The position numbers were made by a program, and so were the translations under genes. Of a stretch of 64,000 nucleotides of DNA, positions 37,300 through 45,677 are shown piece by piece; positions within the stretch are counted from its first letter, which is position 1; each line of letters starts with the position of its first letter. Origin of the DNA: Fimbriiglobus sp. Its GTDB lineage: Bacteria; Planctomycetota; Planctomycetia; Gemmatales; Gemmataceae. The DNA lies in NCBI GenBank assembly GCA_025459365.1, contig JALOQR010000001.1:11-64010 (forward strand). Direction: 5' to 3'. The notes under the pieces were generated by a model. It made no database searches. It was not told where the DNA came from and saw nothing but the letters and a program-made list of their open reading frames with translations.

Positions 37300-40200
37300 A
37301 TGCTCAACCGTCCGCCATGCCAGTGCGGGTTCGTCTCCGTCAGCCCCGAGGCCGATAGCTCGGCGGTCTGCGGCGGGTGCGGGCGTCCGTTGGGTGCGAT
37401 GAGCGACGACGGCGGGGCGAACACCCACCCCTTTCTCATCGACCGTTCAGCCGAATCCATCGAGTCCGCCGAGCCGGTTGATCCGGCAGGCCCCACCACT
37501 CCTGCGCCAGCCGAGCACGTCGTCAAGCTCCGGCGGCGAACGCCTCCCCCACCGCCCGACGTACCCGGCTACGAGATCCTTGGCGAACTCGGCCGCGGGG
37601 GTATGGGGGTGGTGTACAAGGCCCGCGAGGTGTCGCTCAACCGCATCGTCGCCCTGAAGATGATCCTCACCGGTGTCCATGCGTCGGATACCGAGCGGGC
37701 AAGGTTCCGGCGCGAAGCGGAGGCAGTGGCCGCCCTGCGGCACCCTGGTATTGTGCAGATTTTCCACGTCGGCGAGCACGCCGGCCAGCCGTACTTGGTG
37801 CTGGAGTACATCGATGGGGGAAACCTGGCCGAGCGCATCGGCGGGGGTGACCTGCTACCAGTGCGGGAAGCGGCGGCGGTCGTCGAACAACTTGCTCGGG
37901 CCATGCAATTCGCCCACGAGCAAGGAGTGATTCACCGCGACCTGAAGCCGGCGAACATCCTCCTGACACGGAAGGAAGGAAGCGGGTCGGGGTCGTCGGT
38001 GAATGGATCGAAGGGCGGGGCGGCATCGTGCGAGTTCAAGATTTCCGACTTCGGGCTGGCCAAGAAACTCGACGAAACAGTGGCTGCCGTCGGTGGTACC
38101 CGCACCGGGGCGGTCATGGGCACGCCGAGCTACATCTCGCCCGAACAGGCCGGCGGCAAAGCGAACCAGGTGACTCCACGATCCGACGTGTACTCGCTCG
38201 GGGCCATCCTGTACGAGATTCTCACCGACCGCCCGCCATTCAAGGCCGACACCCCGCTCGAAACAGTGTTGCAGGTGATCCACGACGACCCCGTTCCGCC
38301 GGGCCAACTCCGCCCCAAACTGCCGAAAGACCTGGAAACGATCTGCCTGAAGTGCCTGGCGAAAGACCCTGCCAAACGGTACTCCACCGCCGCCGCCCTG
38401 GCCGACGACCTCGGCCGGTTCCTCCGCGGCGAGCCGATCCACGCCCGCCCGGTGTCGGCCGTCGCCCGCGGGTGGAAGTGGGTGCGCCGCCATCCCGCCA
38501 TCACCGCCTTCGCCACCACTGCCGCCGTTGCCGTACTCGCCGTGCTCACCGTGCTGGCCGTCTCCAACGCTCGACTGGCCGACGCCAACCGCCAGAAGGC
38601 CGAGGAGGCAAGCGTTGCCCGTGAGCAGGAAGCCATTGCCACCATTGCCAAGCGAGACGCAGAGACCCTGGCGGGCGAGCGGCAGCGAGCGCTCGACCAA
38701 CTGGCCGCCGAGGCCGAGCGAAACCGACGAAGCGTGTATGCCCTTCAACTCGCCCAGGTGGCCAACACCGTCAGCCGCGACCCGGCCACCGCTGCCCGCC
38801 TGCTCGACGACCCAGTGAAATGCCCGCCCGACCTCCGCGAGTTCACCTGGCGATACCTTCGACGCTTGTGCAGCCGGGCCGAAACGGTGTACACCGCCCA
38901 CCGTCGGCCGGTGCTGGCCGTCGCCGTCTCTCCGGATGGCGCACTGATCGCCACCGGCGACGCAGCCGGCCAAATCCTGCTCTGGCATCCCCAGACCCGT
39001 ATCGCTTACGCCGTACTCGTCGGGCCGGCGCGGGCGGTCAACGGGTTGGCCTTCGCTCCGGATGGCACCGCCGTGGCCGCGGCCTGTGGCGATGGCAGTG
39101 TGCGAGTGTGGCGGCTCGATCCCGAGTTACTCGATGCCGTCCGCCAGTCGGCCCGCTTGCTGCCCGATGCTCAGGCCGAGTTGAACCGCCTGCTACCGGC
39201 CGCAGCCCGCAGCATCGCGCCGGCCGTCGCCCCGACGGTAACGCTGCGTGCGTTCGGTCGTGAGGGGCGATGCGTGGCATTCAGCAGCGACGGCCGACTG
39301 CTGGCCGCCGGTGGGGCCGACCACGAACGGGCGGCTGGCCAGCCTGATGGTGCGGCCAAGGTCTGGCGGATGGCCGACCTGTGGCCCAATCCAGCCGACG
39401 CGGCGCTCAGCGGGTTCGCCGGACTGGCGGCCGAGCAGATCACCCGCAACCGGAACGGCATCCGGGCGTTGAAGGAGGTGAAAGATCACCTCCAGCCGGT
39501 GTGCAGCGTTGCCTTCTCGCCGGATGGTCGCACTCTCGCCACCGGTAGTGAAGACCGCGGCGTGATCCTGTCTCAACTCAACTCCGACAAGCGGGAGGAA
39601 CTGCGGCTGCACGGCGGGCCGGTGTCGGCCCTGGCTTTCACCCGCGACGGAACCACCCTGGCGACGGCCGACAACGGTGAGAACCCGGTGATCGTGGTGT
39701 GGGACTTGGGAAAGAAGCGGGCAACCGAGCGGAGGAAACTGATCGGCCACACGGGGGCGGTGTGCGGGTTAGCGTTTAGTGGCGACGGACGCACGCTGGC
39801 GACAGTGGCCGCCCTGCCCGACCCAACAGTACGAGTATGGGACGTGGACACCGGCACCGAGGCCGCCCGCCTGTACGGGCACCGCGGCACCGTTCACGCC
39901 GTCGGCTGGCTACCCGACCGCCGCACCCTGGTGACCGCCTCCGACGACACCACCGTGCGCGTGTGGGGCACCACTGCCCGCACCAACGACACCGCCGTCC
40001 CGTTCGGCGACGAATCCGCGAAGGTGCTCGCCGCCGCTCTGACCCCCGCCGGCACCACCCTGGCCACCATCGACGCCCGCAGCGACGTGCGTCTCTGGGC
40101 AGTAGACAAACTGTTCGCCGGCCGCGATGCCGAACTGCCCGTGTTCCTCACCAGCGGCAAGCCGGCCGACAACCGCGAGTGGCGAGTGAATGGGCTGGCA

Positions 40201-41025
40201 CTGTCGGCCGATGGCTCAGCGGTGGCGGTCGCCGCGGCAGACGGCGTGCGGGTGTGGGACCTCTCCGCCGGCCGGCGTGTGTTCGGGGCGGCGGTGCTCA
40301 CCGTGTCACCGAAGGGGTTCGCCCCCGGCCTGGAGGTGCGGGCGGTGCAGTTCACCCCGGATGGCTCGCAGTTGGTCGGGCTGACCGCCACCGGGGTGCG
40401 GGTGTGGGATGCAACGACTGGCGAGGACGAAACACCGGAGGCGTGGAAAGCGATCCGCCCGCCCGAGGCGGGTGGGGCGGTCGCCGTCGGCCCGGATGGG
40501 AAGACGGTGGCGGTGTCGGCGCTCGGGCCGAACCACGAGCCGGGATTGGTGCTGGCCGACGCCGACGGGGTGGGGTTTGCCCGCACCCCCGCCCAGGTGA
40601 CCACCCTCGACTTCTCTCCGGACGGCGAACAACTGGCGGTCGGCGTCTGGCGGCATCCCGGCCGGGTGCTGCACCTCACCCGCGACGCCGGGGGGTGGGA
40701 GGCTACGGCCCTGTGCGAGACGGCCGAACCGTTCTCCGCCCTGCGGTTCTGCCGCGAGGGAAAAACATTGCTCGGCGTGCGGGCGAACCGTGAACTGGTG
40801 CTGGTGGATGCCGCGACCGGGGTGGAGCGGGCGGTACTCTCCGGCCACGCCGACCGGATTGTGGGAGCCGGGTTCAGCCCGCGAGACCAGGCACTGGTGA
40901 CGGTCGGCCGCGACGGAGCGGTGAAGCGGTGGAACGCCGACCCGAATTCGCGGGTGATGCTGTGGGAAACCCGCCCGCCGCGGACGGCACCAACCCCGGC
41001 CGCCCCGCCCGCCGTTGTGCGGTAG
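37300..41025 (+). CDS. Ser/Thr protein kinase with N-terminal Cys4 zinc-ribbon-like motif, one TM helix and C-terminal WD40 repeats (1241 aa)
   Basis: CQCG...CGGCG; GRGGMGVVYKA, HRDLKPANIL, DFGLAK, SPEQA kinase motifs; TM helix ITAFATTAAVAVLAVLTVLAV; many WD40-like units (H...V..VAFSPDG..LAT...D..V.VW). Confidence 0.9.
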   Translation: MLNRPPCQCGFVSVSPEADSSAVCGGCGRPLGAMSDDGGANTHPFLIDRSAESIESAEPVDPAGPTTPAPAEHVVKLRRRTPPPPPDVPGYEILGELGRGGMGVVYKAREVSLNRIVALKMILTGVHASDTERARFRREAEAVAALRHPGIVQIFHVGEHAGQPYLVLEYIDGGNLAERIGGGDLLPVREAAAVVEQLARAMQFAHEQGVIHRDLKPANILLTRKEGSGSGSSVNGSKGGAASCEFKISDFGLAKKLDETVAAVGGTRTGAVMGTPSYISPEQAGGKANQVTPRSDVYSLGAILYEILTDRPPFKADTPLETVLQVIHDDPVPPGQLRPKLPKDLETICLKCLAKDPAKRYSTAAALADDLGRFLRGEPIHARPVSAVARGWKWVRRHPAITAFATTAAVAVLAVLTVLAVSNARLADANRQKAEEASVAREQEAIATIAKRDAETLAGERQRALDQLAAEAERNRRSVYALQLAQVANTVSRDPATAARLLDDPVKCPPDLREFTWRYLRRLCSRAETVYTAHRRPVLAVAVSPDGALIATGDAAGQILLWHPQTRIAYAVLVGPARAVNGLAFAPDGTAVAAACGDGSVRVWRLDPELLDAVRQSARLLPDAQAELNRLLPAAARSIAPAVAPTVTLRAFGREGRCVAFSSDGRLLAAGGADHERAAGQPDGAAKVWRMADLWPNPADAALSGFAGLAAEQITRNRNGIRALKEVKDHLQPVCSVAFSPDGRTLATGSEDRGVILSQLNSDKREELRLHGGPVSALAFTRDGTTLATADNGENPVIVVWDLGKKRATERRKLIGHTGAVCGLAFSGDGRTLATVAALPDPTVRVWDVDTGTEAARLYGHRGTVHAVGWLPDRRTLVTASDDTTVRVWGTTARTNDTAVPFGDESAKVLAAALTPAGTTLATIDARSDVRLWAVDKLFAGRDAELPVFLTSGKPADNREWRVNGLALSADGSAVAVAAADGVRVWDLSAGRRVFGAAVLTVSPKGFAPGLEVRAVQFTPDGSQLVGLTATGVRVWDATTGEDETPEAWKAIRPPEAGGAVAVGPDGKTVAVSALGPNHEPGLVLADADGVGFARTPAQVTTLDFSPDGEQLAVGVWRHPGRVLHLTRDAGGWEATALCETAEPFSALRFCREGKTLLGVRANRELVLVDAATGVERAVLSGHADRIVGAGFSPRDQALVTVGRDGAVKRWNADPNSRVMLWETRPPRTAPTPAAPPAVVR

Positions 41026-41079
41026 GTTGGGTCGGTCGCAGGCTGCACAGGATCACTCACTTCGCTTGACGGCTCGCAC

Positions 41080-41805
41080 CTACATCAGCCGCCGTGCTTG
41101 CTTCGCGGCCGCTTCGTTCAGGAAGGCGAACAGCGGCCCGGCCATCTGGTCGAAGTACTCCCAGGTGTGCCCACCGGCGGCGGTCGTCAGGTCGGCCGTG
41201 TGCGGAATCCCCACCGCGGTCAGTTTCTCGTGCAGGCGGTCGTTCCCGCGATACCATTCCTGATCCGCCGGGTCGCAGCCGAACCAGACGTGCGGCGGGT
41301 ACTTGTTCGGGTTCACCTGCAACACGGCCGTGTCCTGTCGGCACGCCTCGCGAGTGCGGTACAGATCATCGATGGGCGTGCCTCGCCCCCACCACTCGTG
41401 GTAGTCGAACGCCCCGGCCACGCTACCGACCACCGGAAACAGATCGGGGTACTTCAACCCAAGCCGCACCGCCCCCTGCCCGCCCATGCTGATGCCGGCT
41501 GCCGCGACGACCCCCGGCCAGCGTTCTCGCATCCACGGCAGCACATTGACGAGCAGATGCCGCTCGGGGGTGAATTGTTCATCGAACTCTGGGCAGATGC
41601 GGTCGGCCCACCAACCGCGAGCGCCGAATGGCTCGCAGCAGGCTACACCGTGCCGGGCGAGTTGCTCGGTGTAGGCGGTGTTTGTCGAGATGCTCTCCAT
41701 CCCGACCGGATGAAGAAACAGGAGCGAGAACCGCCGCGGGCCGGGCGGGTCGAACAGGTGCGCCGGCTTGCCGGCGATGGTGACCGCGGACCAGTTCGGG
41801 AGCAT
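41080..41805 (-). CDS. Esterase-family alpha/beta hydrolase (putative esterase, PF00756-like)
   Basis: GISMGG nucleophile elbow and the overall pattern of esterase D / S-formylglutathione hydrolase-like proteins. Start trimmed to the ATG at 41805. Confidence 0.75.
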   Translation of the reverse strand: MLPNWSAVTIAGKPAHLFDPPGPRRFSLLFLHPVGMESISTNTAYTEQLARHGVACCEPFGARGWWADRICPEFDEQFTPERHLLVNVLPWMRERWPGVVAAAGISMGGQGAVRLGLKYPDLFPVVGSVAGAFDYHEWWGRGTPIDDLYRTREACRQDTAVLQVNPNKYPPHVWFGCDPADQEWYRGNDRLHEKLTAVGIPHTADLTTAAGGHTWEYFDQMAGPLFAFLNEAAAKQARRLM

Positions 41806-41870
41806 GGGTGAGGTCCTGGCGAGCAGACCGGGTGAGCGGGCTGGTGAGTATCCTTGTCTTTGGCCGGTAG

Positions 41871-42123
41871 GGTGTTGGGGTAACCCTTCAGGGCAGGCTG
41901 TGCTGGACACGCCCTGAAGGGCGTACCCCAACGCGGTGTTGGAGTCCGCCCTTCAGGGCGTGCCTTGTGGACCACGCTCAAGACCGAACTCCAACACCAC
42001 GTTGGGATAACCCTTCAGGGCGTGCCTTGTGGACCACGCCAAAGGCCGGACCCCAACGCGGTGTTGGAGTCCGCCCTTCAGGGCGTGCCTTGTGGACCAC
42101 GCTCAAGGCCGGACCCCAACACC
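41871..42123. repeat. Repeat family B: four tandem 60-65-nt hairpin-forming units
   Basis: Units begin GGTGTTGG(G/A)GT..CCCTTCAGGGC(G/A) and end ..CCCCAAC(G/A)C. Each unit is internally self-complementary. The units abut directly, with no unique spacers. Confidence 0.85.
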
Positions 42124-42153
42124 GCAACCACCCCAAAACCACCCGTAACGGCT

Positions 42154-43617
42154 CTACCGCCCACCGCTCGGCTTGAGAGCGTCCAAATCCAGCCGGTAGA
42201 GGATCTGGTTGTACTCATACCGCGGAGTCTGGTCGGGGTTGCCGCTGAAGGTGTTGGTGTACGTCCCCTCGAAGAAGATCACCCGCCCGCCGTCGCGGTC
42301 GAAACGCGGGTGGTGGACCGGGTTGTAGAAGTCTTTGCGGTCATGCGTGACCACCTTCGTCGCCGTCCCCCACGGGCCGGTCGGGGCGTCCGCCTCGGCG
42401 TACCACACTTCGCCCAGGAACGACTCCTTCCCGCCGATCTGGTTGGCGATCATGACCCACTTCTTGCGGTACGCGTTCCAGTTGACGCTCCCACGGTGCA
42501 TAACCAGTGCTTCGCCCTTCGCGTCCTTCAACTGCACGCGGGCTTTGTCGGCCGCGAGCGACTTGGCCTGAATCAGTTTGGCTTCGTCTTCGGGAATTAA
42601 TGGCCGGGCGTTCTTCCGCCACTCGTACCGTGCCCGGCCATTCTCATCGCGGTCGATCTCGGGCTTCGCCACCGTGCTGCCGGGCTTCAGACAGGTGAAC
42701 GCCTCGTACTGCGTCAGATCCGTGAACGCCGCCTCGGTAGCTGGCACCCGCACCAGCGGGAATGGGTTGCCGAAATACAGGTAGCCTTCGTGCGTGAACG
42801 TGTGCCCGGTCGGCAGGATCGGTGTGTCAAGCGGCACCCCGGCATGGTGAACGAACTCCCTCTTGGCGTCGTCGAACACCACCAGCCCGCGAGCATGAAC
42901 AGCTATCTTCGTATCGACCTTGGCGTATTCGCCCCAGAGCCGTTCCTTGCCATCCTTGCTGGGCAACGCCACGAGGCATTCCACCCACGTCGGCCCTTTT
43001 CCCGGCATGTTCGCAGCACCCTTCACGAAACCCTTGCCATCGTCGAGGTAATCGAAGCGGAACGGCTTCGCCGGATCGAGGTCGGCGGCGGTGGTGGCGG
43101 CCGTCATGTGGAAGTTGCCGAGCGGGTACTTCGCCGCGGTGGTGTCGCCCCACATCCAGAACAGTTTGCCACGGTAGGGGGTCATGAACACACTGTCGCA
43201 CCCGAGCAGTTGGGCGTTCGTCCCCGGCTTATCGAACGGCACCTCGCGGCCGGCCTTCACGCTCTCGGCATACACTCCGTCGCCGGTCAGCCGGTGCAAC
43301 CGCTCGGCGATATTCCGGCGGGTCACCTTCACCTTCGCCGTCTCGCCGGGTTTGGGGGTGAGCCGCACCCCACGGAAGCCGAACCCGTCCTTCGGCACCT
43401 CGTACCCATGCGACGACACGCCGAAGTACACCTCCACCCCCATCAGGCTCGGCTCATCGAACGCCACAACCCCTGCGTTGTCCGTCACGTACCGCAGGTG
43501 GTTGGTGGTGCGGAACTCAACCAGCGGGACGGGCCGACCACTGTCGGCGTCGGTCACTTCAATGGCGAAGGGTTTCACCGGGGCAGCGAGCAGCAACGAG
43601 AGTAGCAGTGGTGTCAC
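42154..43617 (-). CDS. Secreted hypothetical protein (487 aa), N-terminal beta-sandwich-like region
   Basis: Signal-like MTPLLLSLLLAAPVKP. Coding-like composition throughout. No family confidently recognised. Confidence 0.65.
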   Translation of the reverse strand: MTPLLLSLLLAAPVKPFAIEVTDADSGRPVPLVEFRTTNHLRYVTDNAGVVAFDEPSLMGVEVYFGVSSHGYEVPKDGFGFRGVRLTPKPGETAKVKVTRRNIAERLHRLTGDGVYAESVKAGREVPFDKPGTNAQLLGCDSVFMTPYRGKLFWMWGDTTAAKYPLGNFHMTAATTAADLDPAKPFRFDYLDDGKGFVKGAANMPGKGPTWVECLVALPSKDGKERLWGEYAKVDTKIAVHARGLVVFDDAKREFVHHAGVPLDTPILPTGHTFTHEGYLYFGNPFPLVRVPATEAAFTDLTQYEAFTCLKPGSTVAKPEIDRDENGRARYEWRKNARPLIPEDEAKLIQAKSLAADKARVQLKDAKGEALVMHRGSVNWNAYRKKWVMIANQIGGKESFLGEVWYAEADAPTGPWGTATKVVTHDRKDFYNPVHHPRFDRDGGRVIFFEGTYTNTFSGNPDQTPRYEYNQILYRLDLDALKPSGGR

Positions 43618-43716
43618 GAGAGGATACCGGCGGGGCGGGGAGGGTGGGCACCGCAGGCTCGATTGTACGCCGAGTTGCTCGCCAACAGTGTTGCGGGCCA
43701 GTACTCAAAAGGAACG

Positions 43717-43754
43717 CTCTGCCACACTGCCACCTGCCACGCACATACCCCCCC
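43717..43754 (+). repeat. Repeat family A, copy 3
   Basis: ctCTGCCACACTGCCACCTGCCACGCACATAccccccc, one substitution relative to copies 1 and 2. A degenerate CTGCCACTCTGCCAC lies at about 43808-43822. Confidence 0.85.
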
Positions 43755-43933
43755 GACCACCAGCACCCGAGAAGTGGCGAAAACCAGCCATTTTCTTCAC
43801 TCAGCCGCTCTGCCACTCTGCCACCGACCCCGGACAGCGGGCGGTGTGCAATAAGTGTGCCAACGGCTGGCAAACGACGGCGGCCCGCCGGAGGAACCGG
43901 CGAGCCGCGGGTGTTGCATTCGAGGGGCATCGG

Positions 43934-45520
43934 TCAGCGGGGCAGGCCCGCCGGCATCCGTGGGGCGTCGGGCACCCCGGCCGCAGACGGTGGCACCACC
44001 GTCGGGTAGCCGCTCGGCGGCGGCGGCGGCGACGGCGGGGTCGCCCATCCACCCACCGGCGAAGTCGGGTCGAAGTTGGTCGGCGGCAGTGCCGGCGTGT
44101 AGGGTCCACCCACCCCACTCGGCGTCGTGGGTAGCGATGGGATCGGCCCGCCCACCACAGGAGCCACGGGGGGGATGCCAGTCGGCACGGCCGTCGTCGG
44201 CAGCGTCGGCGGGACCACGGCGGGTGTGGTCGTCGGGAAGGTCGCCGTTGTCGCGGGCGGTGGGGCCATTGCCCCGTGTTGAATGCGGCCCTGGGGTTGG
44301 GTCTGTAGTTGGGTCTGGGGTTGGGTCTGGGACCGTTCCGACGCCGGCACGAACCTCTGCGACGCCGGCACGAACTTCTGCGATGCCGGCACATACCCCG
44401 TCGATTGCACCTGCTGACCCTGCGGCGGGTACTGCCACTGGTTCGCCGACCCTGCCGGGGTGGTCGCCTGCACCGGCTGGATCGAGCCGTCCGGCTTCTT
44501 CCCCCACCCCGGCGGCACACTCTCACCGGGCGGTAGAGTGAACGCGGTGGTGGTGATGGTCTGCCCGTTCGGCCCACGGCTCACCGCCTGCGGGCGGTCG
44601 GGGCTGAAGGTCATGGGCGGGGGCAGGTCGGGCAGGCCAATCGGCGGCGTGGGGGGAGCGATGGGTGGCGGGGCCGGGGGTAGCACCGGAGCGACCGGCC
44701 CGCCGGGCACAACCGGGGCCGTAGCGGCAGCCGGCATGGTGGCCGGAGCCAGAACAGGTGTCGGCTTGGGGCCGGTGGCCAAGGCTGCCCCCGGCACCGC
44801 CTGCGGGGTGGTGATGGGGGCACCTAGCCCACCCTTGGCGAGGTCGCGGGCAACGTTCGGCATCCCCTTCATCTCGATTGGGGCCGTCGGCTTGCCCACA
44901 GACTTATCGAGCCACACACTCGGCTGGCTGCCGGGTGGGGTGAAGTCGAGCAGCACCGTCTGCGACGGGCCGTACAGGATCGGTTCCTTGCTCGCATCGG
45001 CATACGGCTTGAGCTGAGTGTTGATGCGGACCTGGGTGACGTCCTTCCAGTGCGTCGGGTACGGCAGGAAGAGGGCGTAGCAGTTGCCGAACCGCTCATC
45101 GCTTGTCCGCATCTTCTTCAAGGTGGTCGCGTCGAAGTGGAACACCTCGGTGACCATCGGCGGCTGGCCCGGCAACCGTGGGGTCATGTCTTCCATCGAC
45201 ACGTACAGATCGCCGGCAGCATCGGTGAAACTGCCGTCGCTGGCCAGGACGAACATCTGCCCGAGGATGCCTGCCCCGAGGACGTTATCCCGGCTCGGAT
45301 CGGGCAAGTACTGCACCTGCGGAGTGAACGCCGGTGTGATCTGGGCGGCTGGCTTACGTGGGAACAGGCGAAGGGGCAGGTGATCCCGCCAGCGAGCGGT
45401 GTGTGTGCCAGCACAACCGATGCCGACGGCCGTCATCAGACACGCGGCAATCAGGCCGCCCCACCGGACCCGCCCCGCCCCCCCCAGGGCACGAGCGACC
45501 CGCGACCGAATCCATTCCAT
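43934..45520 (-). CDS. Lipoprotein with a globular N-terminal region and a long Pro-rich C-terminal region (528 aa)
   Basis: Lipobox-like AVGIGC after a basic N-terminus. About 200 aa are globular, then about 300 aa are P/T/Q/V-rich with micro-repeats. Sits 157 nt downstream of the secretin gene on the same strand. Confidence 0.7.
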   Translation of the reverse strand: MEWIRSRVARALGGAGRVRWGGLIAACLMTAVGIGCAGTHTARWRDHLPLRLFPRKPAAQITPAFTPQVQYLPDPSRDNVLGAGILGQMFVLASDGSFTDAAGDLYVSMEDMTPRLPGQPPMVTEVFHFDATTLKKMRTSDERFGNCYALFLPYPTHWKDVTQVRINTQLKPYADASKEPILYGPSQTVLLDFTPPGSQPSVWLDKSVGKPTAPIEMKGMPNVARDLAKGGLGAPITTPQAVPGAALATGPKPTPVLAPATMPAAATAPVVPGGPVAPVLPPAPPPIAPPTPPIGLPDLPPPMTFSPDRPQAVSRGPNGQTITTTAFTLPPGESVPPGWGKKPDGSIQPVQATTPAGSANQWQYPPQGQQVQSTGYVPASQKFVPASQRFVPASERSQTQPQTQLQTQPQGRIQHGAMAPPPATTATFPTTTPAVVPPTLPTTAVPTGIPPVAPVVGGPIPSLPTTPSGVGGPYTPALPPTNFDPTSPVGGWATPPSPPPPPSGYPTVVPPSAAGVPDAPRMPAGLPR

Positions 45521-45677
45521 TGCACGGCCCTCCTGGCCTGTCAGCTGATTGAGCGAGGTTCAACCGACGGGAGGGCGGGTTCCCCCGAACCCGCGTCTCC
45601 CAAAACCTTTGGAGCCGACCCCGCCAGGGGGTCGGGTGTGGCATTTGTCCGGCGACTCGCGTCGCCGGATCTCACGG

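Noticed and set aside
41871-42123. Possible CRISPR array (regularly spaced repeated sequence).
   Set aside because: The units are directly adjacent and similar along their whole length, so there are no unique spacers. Each unit is self-complementary, and no cas genes are present in the window. I interpret it as a REP/BIME-like tandem repeat.
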